From an uncultured bacterium (GTDB taxonomy: Bacteria; Verrucomicrobiota; Kiritimatiellia; RFP12; UBA1067): a DNA stretch of 64,000 nucleotides. Position 1 is the first letter of the stretch. Every line of letters begins with the position of its first letter. This document shows positions 36,817 through 45,025 of this stretch, piece by piece. The notes under the pieces are model-generated. The model searched no databases, had not been told where the DNA came from, and saw only the letters and a list, made by a program, of their open reading frames with translations. The position numbers were made by a program, and so were the translations under genes. The stretch lies in NCBI GenBank assembly GCA_902776615.1, contig CACYQU010000001.1, positions 10,411 through 74,410 of the forward strand. The letters are read 5' to 3'.

Positions 36817-37236
36817 ATGACTACCGTCACAAAGACCGTAAAGTTCGACGCCGCGCACATCCTGACAAACCACCAGGGCCTGTGCAAGAATCTCCACGGC
36901 CATACCTACAGGATCGATGTGTCCGTCTCGCTGCCGACCGATCCGAGCGAAGGCAACGACATGGTGATCGACTTCAAAGATCTCAAGGCGATCGCAACCG
37001 AGACCATTTGCCGCCGGTTCGATCATGCTTTCATATATTCGACCCGAAGCGAGGGAGAGCGCGAGATTGCGGAGGTTGTCGAAAAGCATGGCATGAGAAC
37101 CGTATCGCTTCCGTTCAGATCCACTGCGGAGAATCTGGCGCGGCATTTCTTTGACAGTCTTGCGCCCAAGGTCCCCGGTCTCGCGGCAGTGAAGGTGTGG
37201 GAGACCGCCGACAGTTCCGCGGAGTACAGGCCGTGA
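36817..37236 (+). CDS. queD: 6-carboxy-5,6,7,8-tetrahydropterin synthase
   Basis: Motifs KFDAAH and CKNLHGHTY are present, with the typical length of ~139 aa. Confidence 0.88.
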   Translation: MTTVTKTVKFDAAHILTNHQGLCKNLHGHTYRIDVSVSLPTDPSEGNDMVIDFKDLKAIATETICRRFDHAFIYSTRSEGEREIAEVVEKHGMRTVSLPFRSTAENLARHFFDSLAPKVPGLAAVKVWETADSSAEYRP

Positions 37237-37901
37237 AGGCGGTAGTGGTTCTTTCCGGCGGGCAGGACAGCGCCACCGCCCTCGCGCTGGCGGTCGCGAA
37301 ATTCGGCGCAGGCGAAGTGGCGGCGATTACGTTTTCGTACGGCCAGCGGCATGCGCTTGAGACTAGATACGCGCGCGGACTTGCCAAACGTTTCAAGGTC
37401 GCCGCGCACAAGGTGGTCAGGCTCGACTTCTACAGGCACATAACAAGCAACGCCTTGATGACGAAGGAAGGCGCGATCGAGCGCAAGAAGGGCGCAAAGT
37501 GTCCGAACACGGTAGTCGAAGGCCGTAATGCGTTCTTCCTTCTGGCGGCCGGTGTCTGGGCGAAGGAGCTAGGCGCAAAAGACATCTACACAGGCGTCTC
37601 GGAGGCGGATTTTTCGGGCTATCCGGACTGCCGTGAGGCATTCATCAAAGCCCAGCAGAAGGCGATGCGCCTCGCCTTGGACTATCCAGTGCGAATCGTT
37701 ACGCCGTTCATGCACATGACCAAGGCCGAGGAGTGGGCTCTGGCCGACAGGCTCGGGATTCTTGACACAATAGAGAATCATACGCTTACATGCTACAATG
37801 GCGTGCCCGGACGCGGCTGCGGCGCATGCCCGGCGTGCAGGCTGAGAAACCGCGGCCATGATGAATTCATGGCGGCAAAGGGGAAGCGCGCGGCGAGATG
37901 A
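37233..37901 (+). CDS. queC: 7-cyano-7-deazaguanine synthase
   Basis: It has the PP-loop VVLSGGQDSAT and a C-terminal Cys cluster (CYNG...CGACPACRLR). A GTGA overlap joins it to queD. Confidence 0.9.
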   Translation: MKAVVVLSGGQDSATALALAVAKFGAGEVAAITFSYGQRHALETRYARGLAKRFKVAAHKVVRLDFYRHITSNALMTKEGAIERKKGAKCPNTVVEGRNAFFLLAAGVWAKELGAKDIYTGVSEADFSGYPDCREAFIKAQQKAMRLALDYPVRIVTPFMHMTKAEEWALADRLGILDTIENHTLTCYNGVPGRGCGACPACRLRNRGHDEFMAAKGKRAAR

Positions 37902-38470
37902 GGATCGTTGGCGGAGAGTTTGGAGGGCGCACGCTGTTTGCGCCGAAGTCGCCTGCACTGCGGCCCACGCAAGATCGCGTCCGCGAAGCGCTGTTTTCCA
38001 TTTTGCAGTGCGAGCTTCCCGGTTCGGCGTTTCTCGATCTTTTCGCCGGAACGGGCGCGGTGGGTCTCGAGGCGCTTTCCCGCGGTGCCGCGACAGCCAC
38101 ATTTGTCGAGGCTAGCGCACATCATCTCGAATCGCTCAGACGCAATGTCGCGGCGATGGTCGCGCAGACGTCACGCGCGAATATCGTGAAGGCTGACGCC
38201 TACCGCTACATTTCATCTTATTCCGGACCGGGGTTTGACATTGTGTTTGCGGATCCTCCATATGCGCTTGGCGAGGAGAAGGGCTATGCATCGGTGCTGG
38301 CCATGCTGGCCGGGCGAGGCGTGGTGAAGCCCGGCGGACTGTTCATTGCCGAGATGACGGCAGTGCAGCGAGCCGAAGACACTCCCGGCTGGGATCTCCT
38401 GCGCGATCGCACATACGGCAAGACGCGCATCTGCATCTGGCGCAGCGCCGCAAACGCCAAGGCTCTTTAG
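37898..38470 (+). CDS. rsmD: 16S rRNA (guanine966-N2)-methyltransferase
   Basis: Motifs RPTQDRVREALF, DLFAGTGAVGLEALSRGA and FADPPY are present. An ATGA overlap joins it to queC. Confidence 0.88.
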   Translation: MRIVGGEFGGRTLFAPKSPALRPTQDRVREALFSILQCELPGSAFLDLFAGTGAVGLEALSRGAATATFVEASAHHLESLRRNVAAMVAQTSRANIVKADAYRYISSYSGPGFDIVFADPPYALGEEKGYASVLAMLAGRGVVKPGGLFIAEMTAVQRAEDTPGWDLLRDRTYGKTRICIWRSAANAKAL

Positions 38471-38532
38471 CCGGCCGCGTCATGCCGATACGCCCAATTT
38501 GGCAAAACACGCACGCCGTTTGCGCGAGAATA

Positions 38533-38541
38533 TGGTATAAT
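38533..38541 (+). promoter_or_regulatory. Extended -10 promoter element TGGTATAAT (serA-gspF-GH109-like)
   Basis: Exact TGGTATAAT in an intergenic region. Confidence 0.6.
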
Positions 38542-38606
38542 ACCTTCTGTCGTCATGCGTGACGACGAAATTCCAAGATAAACTCTACGGAAGAAAGAAG
38601 GAAAAA

Positions 38607-39773
38607 ATGAAGTACAAGTACAACTGCCTCAATCCCATCGCAGAGGTGGGGCTGGGGAATCTGGACGATAAATACGAGCGCACGGAGAACTTCGCCGATG
38701 CCGACGCAGTGTTCGTGCGCTCTGCAAAGATGGACGAGCTGACGCCCGGCGCCAACCTGCTCGCCGTGGCGCGCGCAGGCGCGGGTGTGAACAACATTCC
38801 GCATGCCGAATACGCCAAGAAAGGCATCGTGGTGTTCAACACCCCCGGTGCGAATGCAAACGGCGTGAAGGAACTCGTCATTGCCGCGATGCTGCTTGCA
38901 AGCCGCGACATAGTGGGCGGTATCGAGTGGGTGAAAGAAAATGCAGCCGACCCTGCTGTCGGCAAGACCGCCGAAAAAGCCAAGAAAGCGTTCGCCGGAT
39001 CCGAGATTCAGGGCAAGAAGCTTGGCGTGATCGGCCTCGGCGCGATCGGCCAGAAGGTCGCCAACGCCGCAATCGAACTTGGCATGGAAGTCTACGGATA
39101 CGATCCTTACATGTCCGTAGATGCCGCCTGGCAGCTCGATCGTTCGGTAAAGCACTGCAAAAACGTCGAGGCGATATACCGCGCTTGCGACATCATAACG
39201 ATCCATGTGCCCGCGCTGGAATCCACCAAGGGCATGATCAACGCCGAGGCCATTGCGATGATGAAGCGCGGCGTGATCGTCATAAACGCCGCGAGAGACG
39301 CGCTTGTGAACGAGAAGGACATGATCGCCGCGCTTGAGTCCGGCAAAGTCCGCAAGTACGTATCCGACTTCCCCAACCCGACGACCGCCGGTCAGAAGGG
39401 GTGCATCGTAATTCCGCATCTCGGCGCTTCGACCGAGGAGGCCGAAGACAACTGCGCCGTCATGGCGGTAAAGGAGATGCGCGACTATCTTGAGAACGGC
39501 AACATCGTGAACTCCGTCAACTATCCGGCGTGCTCGCTCGGAATTCCGGCGAAGGCCGGGCGCATATCAATCTGCCACAAGAACGTTGCCAACATGATCG
39601 GTACATTCACCTCGATCCTGGGCAATGCGAATGTCAACATCGACGCTATCGCCAACAAGAGCCGCGGCGATTTCGCGTATACTCTGATCGACACCGACAC
39701 GCCCATTCCGGACAAGGTCGTGAAGGCGCTCGAGGCCAGCGATGCCGTAATTCGCGCGAGGCTTATAAAGTAA
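38607..39773 (+). CDS. serA: D-3-phosphoglycerate dehydrogenase (with C-terminal ACT domain)
   Basis: It has the 2-hydroxyacid dehydrogenase NAD site GKKLGVIGLGAIGQ and an ACT-like tail. A GAAGGAAAAAA SD precedes ATG 38607. Confidence 0.85.
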   Translation: MKYKYNCLNPIAEVGLGNLDDKYERTENFADADAVFVRSAKMDELTPGANLLAVARAGAGVNNIPHAEYAKKGIVVFNTPGANANGVKELVIAAMLLASRDIVGGIEWVKENAADPAVGKTAEKAKKAFAGSEIQGKKLGVIGLGAIGQKVANAAIELGMEVYGYDPYMSVDAAWQLDRSVKHCKNVEAIYRACDIITIHVPALESTKGMINAEAIAMMKRGVIVINAARDALVNEKDMIAALESGKVRKYVSDFPNPTTAGQKGCIVIPHLGASTEEAEDNCAVMAVKEMRDYLENGNIVNSVNYPACSLGIPAKAGRISICHKNVANMIGTFTSILGNANVNIDAIANKSRGDFAYTLIDTDTPIPDKVVKALEASDAVIRARLIK

Positions 39774-40957
39774 TGGGCTACGCAAAGCGGAGTGGCGCGG
39801 GCGCAACCGGGGCAAGCCCCGTCAAGGCGCCGAAGGAGGAGGCGAAGACCTCCTCTTCCGGCGCGTCTCCGCAGGGTTCCGTATGGAACATGCAGATCGG
39901 AGGCGCGAAGCAGAAGACGCAGATGAAAAGCGTCGAGGTTCTGCTTTTGACATCCGAACTGGCCGACCTGATCGAGGCCGGAATGACCCTGGGCCAGGCC
40001 CTTCGCGCCTTGTCTAGCCAAGGCGAGGAGGGTAGCGCACAGCGCTACGTCTGCCAGGATCTCTGCGACCGCATCGTCCGCGGCGAGAACTTCTCCGATG
40101 CGTGTGCGCATCACCCGAAAACGTTCCCTCCGCTATACTCCAACATGATACGCGCCGGAGAAGCATCCGGTGCGATGGTGGAGGTTCTGCGCAGGCTGGT
40201 GGATCACTACGAGCGCTACGACAATATGCGCAGCAAGATCAAGAGCGCGCTCAGCTATCCGATAATCGTTCTTGTGTTCGGAATACTGGCGGTGATCGGT
40301 GCGCTGGTGTGGATCATTCCGCAGTTCCAGAAGGTGTTCGAGTCCATGGGCGCATCGTTGCCTTTGCCGACACGGATACTTATCGGCATGAGCGATGGGC
40401 TTATACAGTACGGGTGGATGATGGCGCTTGGTCTGGTTGCGTTTGCGCTGTGGTTCAACAAGTGGCGCAAGACGGACTCGGGCCGGCTTAAGATAGACGG
40501 CTGGAAGCTTCGCGCCCCGCTTGTGAAAGGGATCGTCGCGTGCGGCGCGTATTCATCGCTCGCATATACGCTGAAAACGCTTCTTGTGAATGGCGTCAAT
40601 GTATTGCAGGCGCTCAAGATATCCGAAGAAACGTGCAACAATGCGGTAATCGGCCAGGCGCTCGCCACGGCTCGCAAGCGTGTTACCGACGGTACCAGCA
40701 TATCGGGCCCGCTGGCATCCAGCGGCATCTTCCCGCGCATGATGACCGACATGCTTGCCGTCGGCGAACAGGCTGGCGACATGGCCGGCTCGCTGGAGCA
40801 CATCGGCCGCCGCTACCAGAAGGACATGGATCGCCACATAACCGCATTCACCAATGCGCTCGAGCCGATACTTATCGTGCTCATTGCAGGCGCGGTCGGC
40901 TTTGTGGCGGTGGCTATTTTGATGGCTGTTTTCAAGGTTTCCTCTTCTCTCGGCTGA
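39773..40957 (+). CDS. Type II secretion/type IV pilus platform protein (GspF/PilC family), low-complexity N-terminus
   Basis: It has two T2SS_F repeats (ELADLIEAGMTLGQAL... / TLKTLLVNGVNVLQAL...) and three TM segments. Its ATG overlaps the serA TAA (TAATG). Confidence 0.8.
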   Translation: MGYAKRSGAGATGASPVKAPKEEAKTSSSGASPQGSVWNMQIGGAKQKTQMKSVEVLLLTSELADLIEAGMTLGQALRALSSQGEEGSAQRYVCQDLCDRIVRGENFSDACAHHPKTFPPLYSNMIRAGEASGAMVEVLRRLVDHYERYDNMRSKIKSALSYPIIVLVFGILAVIGALVWIIPQFQKVFESMGASLPLPTRILIGMSDGLIQYGWMMALGLVAFALWFNKWRKTDSGRLKIDGWKLRAPLVKGIVACGAYSSLAYTLKTLLVNGVNVLQALKISEETCNNAVIGQALATARKRVTDGTSISGPLASSGIFPRMMTDMLAVGEQAGDMAGSLEHIGRRYQKDMDRHITAFTNALEPILIVLIAGAVGFVAVAILMAVFKVSSSLG

Positions 40958-40958
40958 C

Positions 40959-42245
40959 ATGGCAAAAAACATACGAGTTGGTCTGGCCGGTCTCGGCGTG
41001 CGAGGCGGCATGGCGATGGATCGCCTTCCGATCATTCCAGGCGTAGAGGTCGCCGCATTCTGCGAGATTCGTCCGCATCTGGTCGCGAAGTACCAGACGG
41101 CCCTCGAAAAGCGAGGCCTTCCGCGCGCGAAGGAATTCGTCGGGCCGGAGGCCTGGCGCGACATGTGCGCATGGGACGGGATAGACGTCGTGTACAATTG
41201 CACTCCTTGGCATCTGCACGTGCCTGTCGCACTTGAGGCGATGGAATGCGGCAAAGACGCGCTTGTCGAAGTGCCGGCGGCGTTCACGGTCGACGAATGC
41301 TGGAGTCTTGTCGAGACGGCGGAGCGCACCGGGCGCCAGTGCATGCAGCTCGAAAACTGCTGCTACGGCGAGCTTGAGCTTCTCGCGCTCAACCTGACGC
41401 GAGAAGGATTGCTGGGCGATCTGATTCACGGCGAAGGCGGCTATCTGCACGATTTGCGCAGCTACAACTACAACTCGCCGGAGGACGATGCCGAATGGCA
41501 CTATCGCGACTACTGGCGACTGAAATGGAATGCCGTGCATAAAGGCAACCAGTATTGTACGCACGGCCTTGGCCCGATATGCCAGGCTATGGGCGTGAAT
41601 CGCGGCGACAGGCTTTCGCGCGTAGTGTCGATGGAGACCGCCGCCCGCGGATTTGCGGAATATGCAGCCGCAAAGATCCCGCCAGACGACTGGCGCACGG
41701 GGCTTGGCATTGCAATGGGCGATCTTAACACCACCCTTGTGCAGACGGAGCGCGGCCGCACGATAATGCTTCAGCACGGAATCGCCACGCCGCGCCCATA
41801 CAGCCGCATCAACACATACGTCGGTACGCGAGGCCTGATGGCCGACTACCCGTTCCGTGTCGCGTGGGAGGAGGAAATCGGCAAAGGCGCGCACAAGTAT
41901 TTCGACGAAGAGCGCGCCAAAAAGGTGCGCGACGAGCTGATGCATCCGCTCTGGCGCCATGCAGGAAAGCTCTCCGTGGAAGTCGGCGGACACGATGGCA
42001 TGGATCTTGTAATGGATTTGCGGTGGGTCTATTGCATGCAGAATTCGCTTCCGCTCGATTTCGACGTGTACGATCTTGCGGCTTGGTGCTGTCTTGGCGA
42101 ATTGACCGAGCGCAGCGTGCGCGAAGGCTCCGTGCCGCAGGAGATACCCGATTTCACACGCGGTCTTTGGGAACGGCGCGATCCGCTTGCGGTAGAGTCC
42201 ATCGACCCCGCGCGTCTCGACATATCCCGGATTCGCGTGGGCTGA
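40959..42245 (+). CDS. Gfo/Idh/MocA-fold NAD-dependent enzyme, GH109 (alpha-N-acetylgalactosaminidase)-like
   Basis: It has a Rossmann motif (RVGLAGLGVRGG) and the QLENCCYGELE segment seen in GH109-type proteins. The assignment is from memory of the family. Confidence 0.65.
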   Translation: MAKNIRVGLAGLGVRGGMAMDRLPIIPGVEVAAFCEIRPHLVAKYQTALEKRGLPRAKEFVGPEAWRDMCAWDGIDVVYNCTPWHLHVPVALEAMECGKDALVEVPAAFTVDECWSLVETAERTGRQCMQLENCCYGELELLALNLTREGLLGDLIHGEGGYLHDLRSYNYNSPEDDAEWHYRDYWRLKWNAVHKGNQYCTHGLGPICQAMGVNRGDRLSRVVSMETAARGFAEYAAAKIPPDDWRTGLGIAMGDLNTTLVQTERGRTIMLQHGIATPRPYSRINTYVGTRGLMADYPFRVAWEEEIGKGAHKYFDEERAKKVRDELMHPLWRHAGKLSVEVGGHDGMDLVMDLRWVYCMQNSLPLDFDVYDLAAWCCLGELTERSVREGSVPQEIPDFTRGLWERRDPLAVESIDPARLDISRIRVG

Positions 42246-42277
42246 AGCCGCGCACGTTTGAACGCATACGGGGTATT

Positions 42278-42286
42278 TGGTATAAT
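42278..42286 (+). promoter_or_regulatory. Extended -10 promoter element TGGTATAAT (xseB-GHKL-gltA, leaderless geometry)
   Basis: The last T is 10 nt before ATG 42296, and there is no SD. Confidence 0.6.
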
Positions 42287-42295
42287 AGTCCTCTC

Positions 42296-42496
42296 ATGAA
42301 ATTCGAAGACAATCTTGCCAAGCTCGAGGAAACCGTGCGGAAGATGGAGTCGGGCGAACTGTCGCTCGACGAGATGATCCGCTCTTTCGAAGAGGGTCGC
42401 AAACTCGTGGACACATGCACCCGCGAGCTTGAGGCGATTCGCCTTCGCATAGAAAAGGTTACCAGGGAAGGTTCCGTGGAGGAGATGAAACTATGA
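42296..42496 (+). CDS. xseB: Exodeoxyribonuclease VII small subunit
   Basis: The 66-aa sequence MKFEDNLAKLEETVRKMESGELSLDE...FEEG..L matches the XseB pattern. Confidence 0.88.
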   Translation: MKFEDNLAKLEETVRKMESGELSLDEMIRSFEEGRKLVDTCTRELEAIRLRIEKVTREGSVEEMKL

Positions 42497-43656
42497 GCCG
42501 CGTAATCCGCGTACAGGCGCAGGCCGACCATATAGAGTCGCTTTCGAAGGCGGCTCCTCTTTCCGCGGTCGAAGAGCTCGTCTGGAACGCACTCGACGCC
42601 GATGCGCACGAGATCAGGATCGACTTGCTGACGAATTCCCTCGGCGCGGTGGAGGCGGTCCGCGTGTCTGACGATGGTGTCGGGATAGACGTACTGAGCG
42701 CCGATTCGACATTCGGGTCTCTCGGCGGCAGCTGGAAGCGCAGTGCGTCCGAAACGGCGCGCGCGCACAGGCGTCTGCATGGTCGTCACGGTCGCGGCAG
42801 ATTCAAGGCGTTCGCCCTTGGCGGCCATGTCGAATGGCGTACAACCACAACATCCGGCGGCGCAATGACTTCGTATGTGATATCGGGCGATATTGAGAGC
42901 CCTGGCCAGTTTGAACTCGATGTCGAGCTTCAGCCGGGGCCTGCGACCGGAACCGAGGTGTTCGTTGCAAACGTGCGCGCAAACTGCGATTCGCTGCTGA
43001 ACACGGTCGAAACGGTGCAGTCGCTGGCCGCATGCTTCGCACTGTATCTCAAGAGCTATCCGGACGTAAGAATATATTTCAACGGCCTGCCGGTTACGCC
43101 GATCGTAGTGCAGAAGAAGACGGCCGACTACCGAATCACGATCGAGAACGGCGCCGAGGCAAAGCTGGAAATCATAGAGTGGAAGCGGCGTTTTGTCGGA
43201 TCGGGCAAGATCGTTTTCGCCGGGCCGGACGGCTTTGAGCTGCATGAACAGCCGGCCGGCGTGCGCACCGGCGGCGCAAGTTTCACCGCGTATCTCGTTT
43301 CGCCGCGCTTTCCGGCGCTCAATGCCGAGAACGCGCTTGTGATGGACGAGCTGAACCCCGAGGTGAGAATGTATCTCGACGCCGCGAAAAAGGTGATAAA
43401 AGCCCACTTCGTCGCTCTCGGCGACGCGCTTGCGTCCGGCAGGAAAGCGCAGTGGCTTTCGGAAGGCAGCTATCCTTTCGACGCCAACGACACTTCCGAT
43501 GCCGCCAAAAGATTCGAGAAACTTTCGATGGAACTGTCCGACAGGATGGAGTCGTTCCCGGAGCTTTCGCCATCGGAGCGTGGAATAGTGCTGAATCTGC
43601 TGAAGCGTGCAATGGATTCGGTCAAGCGAGGCGGGATCAAGGAGTTTCTGAAATGA
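42493..43656 (+). CDS. Orphan GHKL/Bergerat-fold ATPase (HATPase_c_3 / MORC-MutL-Hsp90-like) with uncharacterised C-terminal half
   Basis: N-box EELVWNALDAD, G1 box VSDDGVGID and G2-like GRHGRGRFKAF are present. It has 4-nt overlaps with xseB upstream and citrate synthase downstream. Confidence 0.7.
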   Translation: MSRVIRVQAQADHIESLSKAAPLSAVEELVWNALDADAHEIRIDLLTNSLGAVEAVRVSDDGVGIDVLSADSTFGSLGGSWKRSASETARAHRRLHGRHGRGRFKAFALGGHVEWRTTTTSGGAMTSYVISGDIESPGQFELDVELQPGPATGTEVFVANVRANCDSLLNTVETVQSLAACFALYLKSYPDVRIYFNGLPVTPIVVQKKTADYRITIENGAEAKLEIIEWKRRFVGSGKIVFAGPDGFELHEQPAGVRTGGASFTAYLVSPRFPALNAENALVMDELNPEVRMYLDAAKKVIKAHFVALGDALASGRKAQWLSEGSYPFDANDTSDAAKRFEKLSMELSDRMESFPELSPSERGIVLNLLKRAMDSVKRGGIKEFLK

Positions 43657-45008
43657 TAGACAAAGAATGGCTTAAGCATCATGCCGACATGATCCGCAAG
43701 GCGGACTATATCGACCCTGCGCTGTATGCCAAGTACGGCGTCAAGCGCGGCCTGAGAAACGAGGACGGATCCGGCGTTCTCGTCGGGCTTACGACGATCG
43801 GCAACGTGCATGGCTACGTGATGAGCGAAGGCGAGAAGCTGGCCGTCGAAGGCGAGCTGTACTATCGCGGCATAAACGTGAAAGACATCGTCGCCGCCGA
43901 CAAGCGCGAGCACCGCTTCGGATACGAAGAGACCGCTTACCTGCTCATGTTCGGCGTCCTTCCCACGCCGCGCGAACTTGTCGTATGGAAAGATCGCCTC
44001 GGCTTCTACCGCAAGCTTTCGGACGGATTCAAGGAGAATGCCATATTCCGCAATCCTTCGAAGGATATCATGAACGCCATCGCCCGCGCGGTGCTGTTCG
44101 CATATGCGTTCGACGAGACCGGCAATCCAGACGATCTCGCCTTGGACAAGTGCCTTAACCAGTCTGTCGAGCTTATTGGCGCGCTGCCGACGATAGCGGC
44201 CTACGCATACCAGGCCAAGGCCCACTACCATCGGGGACAGTCTCTGCTGATCCGCAACCCCGACCCAAGGAAGTCCACGGCCGAAAACATACTTTCGCTC
44301 ATCCGCGAGGACGGCAGATACACCAAGCTCGAGGCGGAGACGCTTGATCTTGCGCTAATACTTCATGCCGAGCACGGCGGAGGCAACAACTCGTCGTTCG
44401 TGACGCATGTCGTCACCAGTTCGTTTACCGACATTTATTCTTCGATCGCCGCCTCGATACTCTCGCTCAAGGGCTCGCGCCACGGCGGCGCAAACCTGCG
44501 CGTGATGCGGCAGATGGACGAAATCAAGAAGAATGTCAAGGACTGGCGCAATCCGAATCAGGTCGTCAATTATCTGGAGAAGATCGCCGACAAGCGCGCC
44601 GGCGACAAGACCGGTCTCATCTACGGCCTTGGCCACGCGGTCTACACCATAAGCGACCCCCGCGCGCAACTGTTGCGGAAGAAGGCGCGCGAGCTTGCGC
44701 GCGAAAAGCACCGCGTGGACGAAATGCGTCTTTTCGAGACGGTCGAGGAACGCGGTCCTGCCGTCATAAAGGCGCGCCATCCGCGCGCCGAGGACGTGTG
44801 CGCGAACGTCGACCTGTATTCCGGCTTCGTTTATGACATGCTCGGCATCCCGAAAGACCTGTATACCCCGCTGTTCGCGGTCGCGCGCTGCGTAAGCTGG
44901 TGCGCTCACCGAATGGAAGAGCTTATCAACAACGGGCCGATTATCCGCCCTGCGTACAAGCCGATTTACAGACCAAGGCAGTATGTCGCGCTAAAAGAGC
45001 GCCGCTAG
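43653..45008 (+). CDS. gltA: Citrate synthase
   Basis: Catalytic motifs HAEHGGGNNSSF, GLGHAVY and the D-containing C-terminal segment are present. The ATG sits in an ATGA overlap. The track start at 43452 is a spurious extension. Confidence 0.9.
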   Translation: MIDKEWLKHHADMIRKADYIDPALYAKYGVKRGLRNEDGSGVLVGLTTIGNVHGYVMSEGEKLAVEGELYYRGINVKDIVAADKREHRFGYEETAYLLMFGVLPTPRELVVWKDRLGFYRKLSDGFKENAIFRNPSKDIMNAIARAVLFAYAFDETGNPDDLALDKCLNQSVELIGALPTIAAYAYQAKAHYHRGQSLLIRNPDPRKSTAENILSLIREDGRYTKLEAETLDLALILHAEHGGGNNSSFVTHVVTSSFTDIYSSIAASILSLKGSRHGGANLRVMRQMDEIKKNVKDWRNPNQVVNYLEKIADKRAGDKTGLIYGLGHAVYTISDPRAQLLRKKARELAREKHRVDEMRLFETVEERGPAVIKARHPRAEDVCANVDLYSGFVYDMLGIPKDLYTPLFAVARCVSWCAHRMEELINNGPIIRPAYKPIYRPRQYVALKERR

Positions 45009-45025
45009 CCGCGACGTCCGGTCTC

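Noticed and set aside
38548-38566. Hairpin GTCGTCA-TGCG-TGACGAC in the serA 5' leader as an attenuator
   Set aside because: It is a short 7-bp stem with no T-tract, no alternative pairing and no leader peptide logic that I could identify. The evidence is insufficient.
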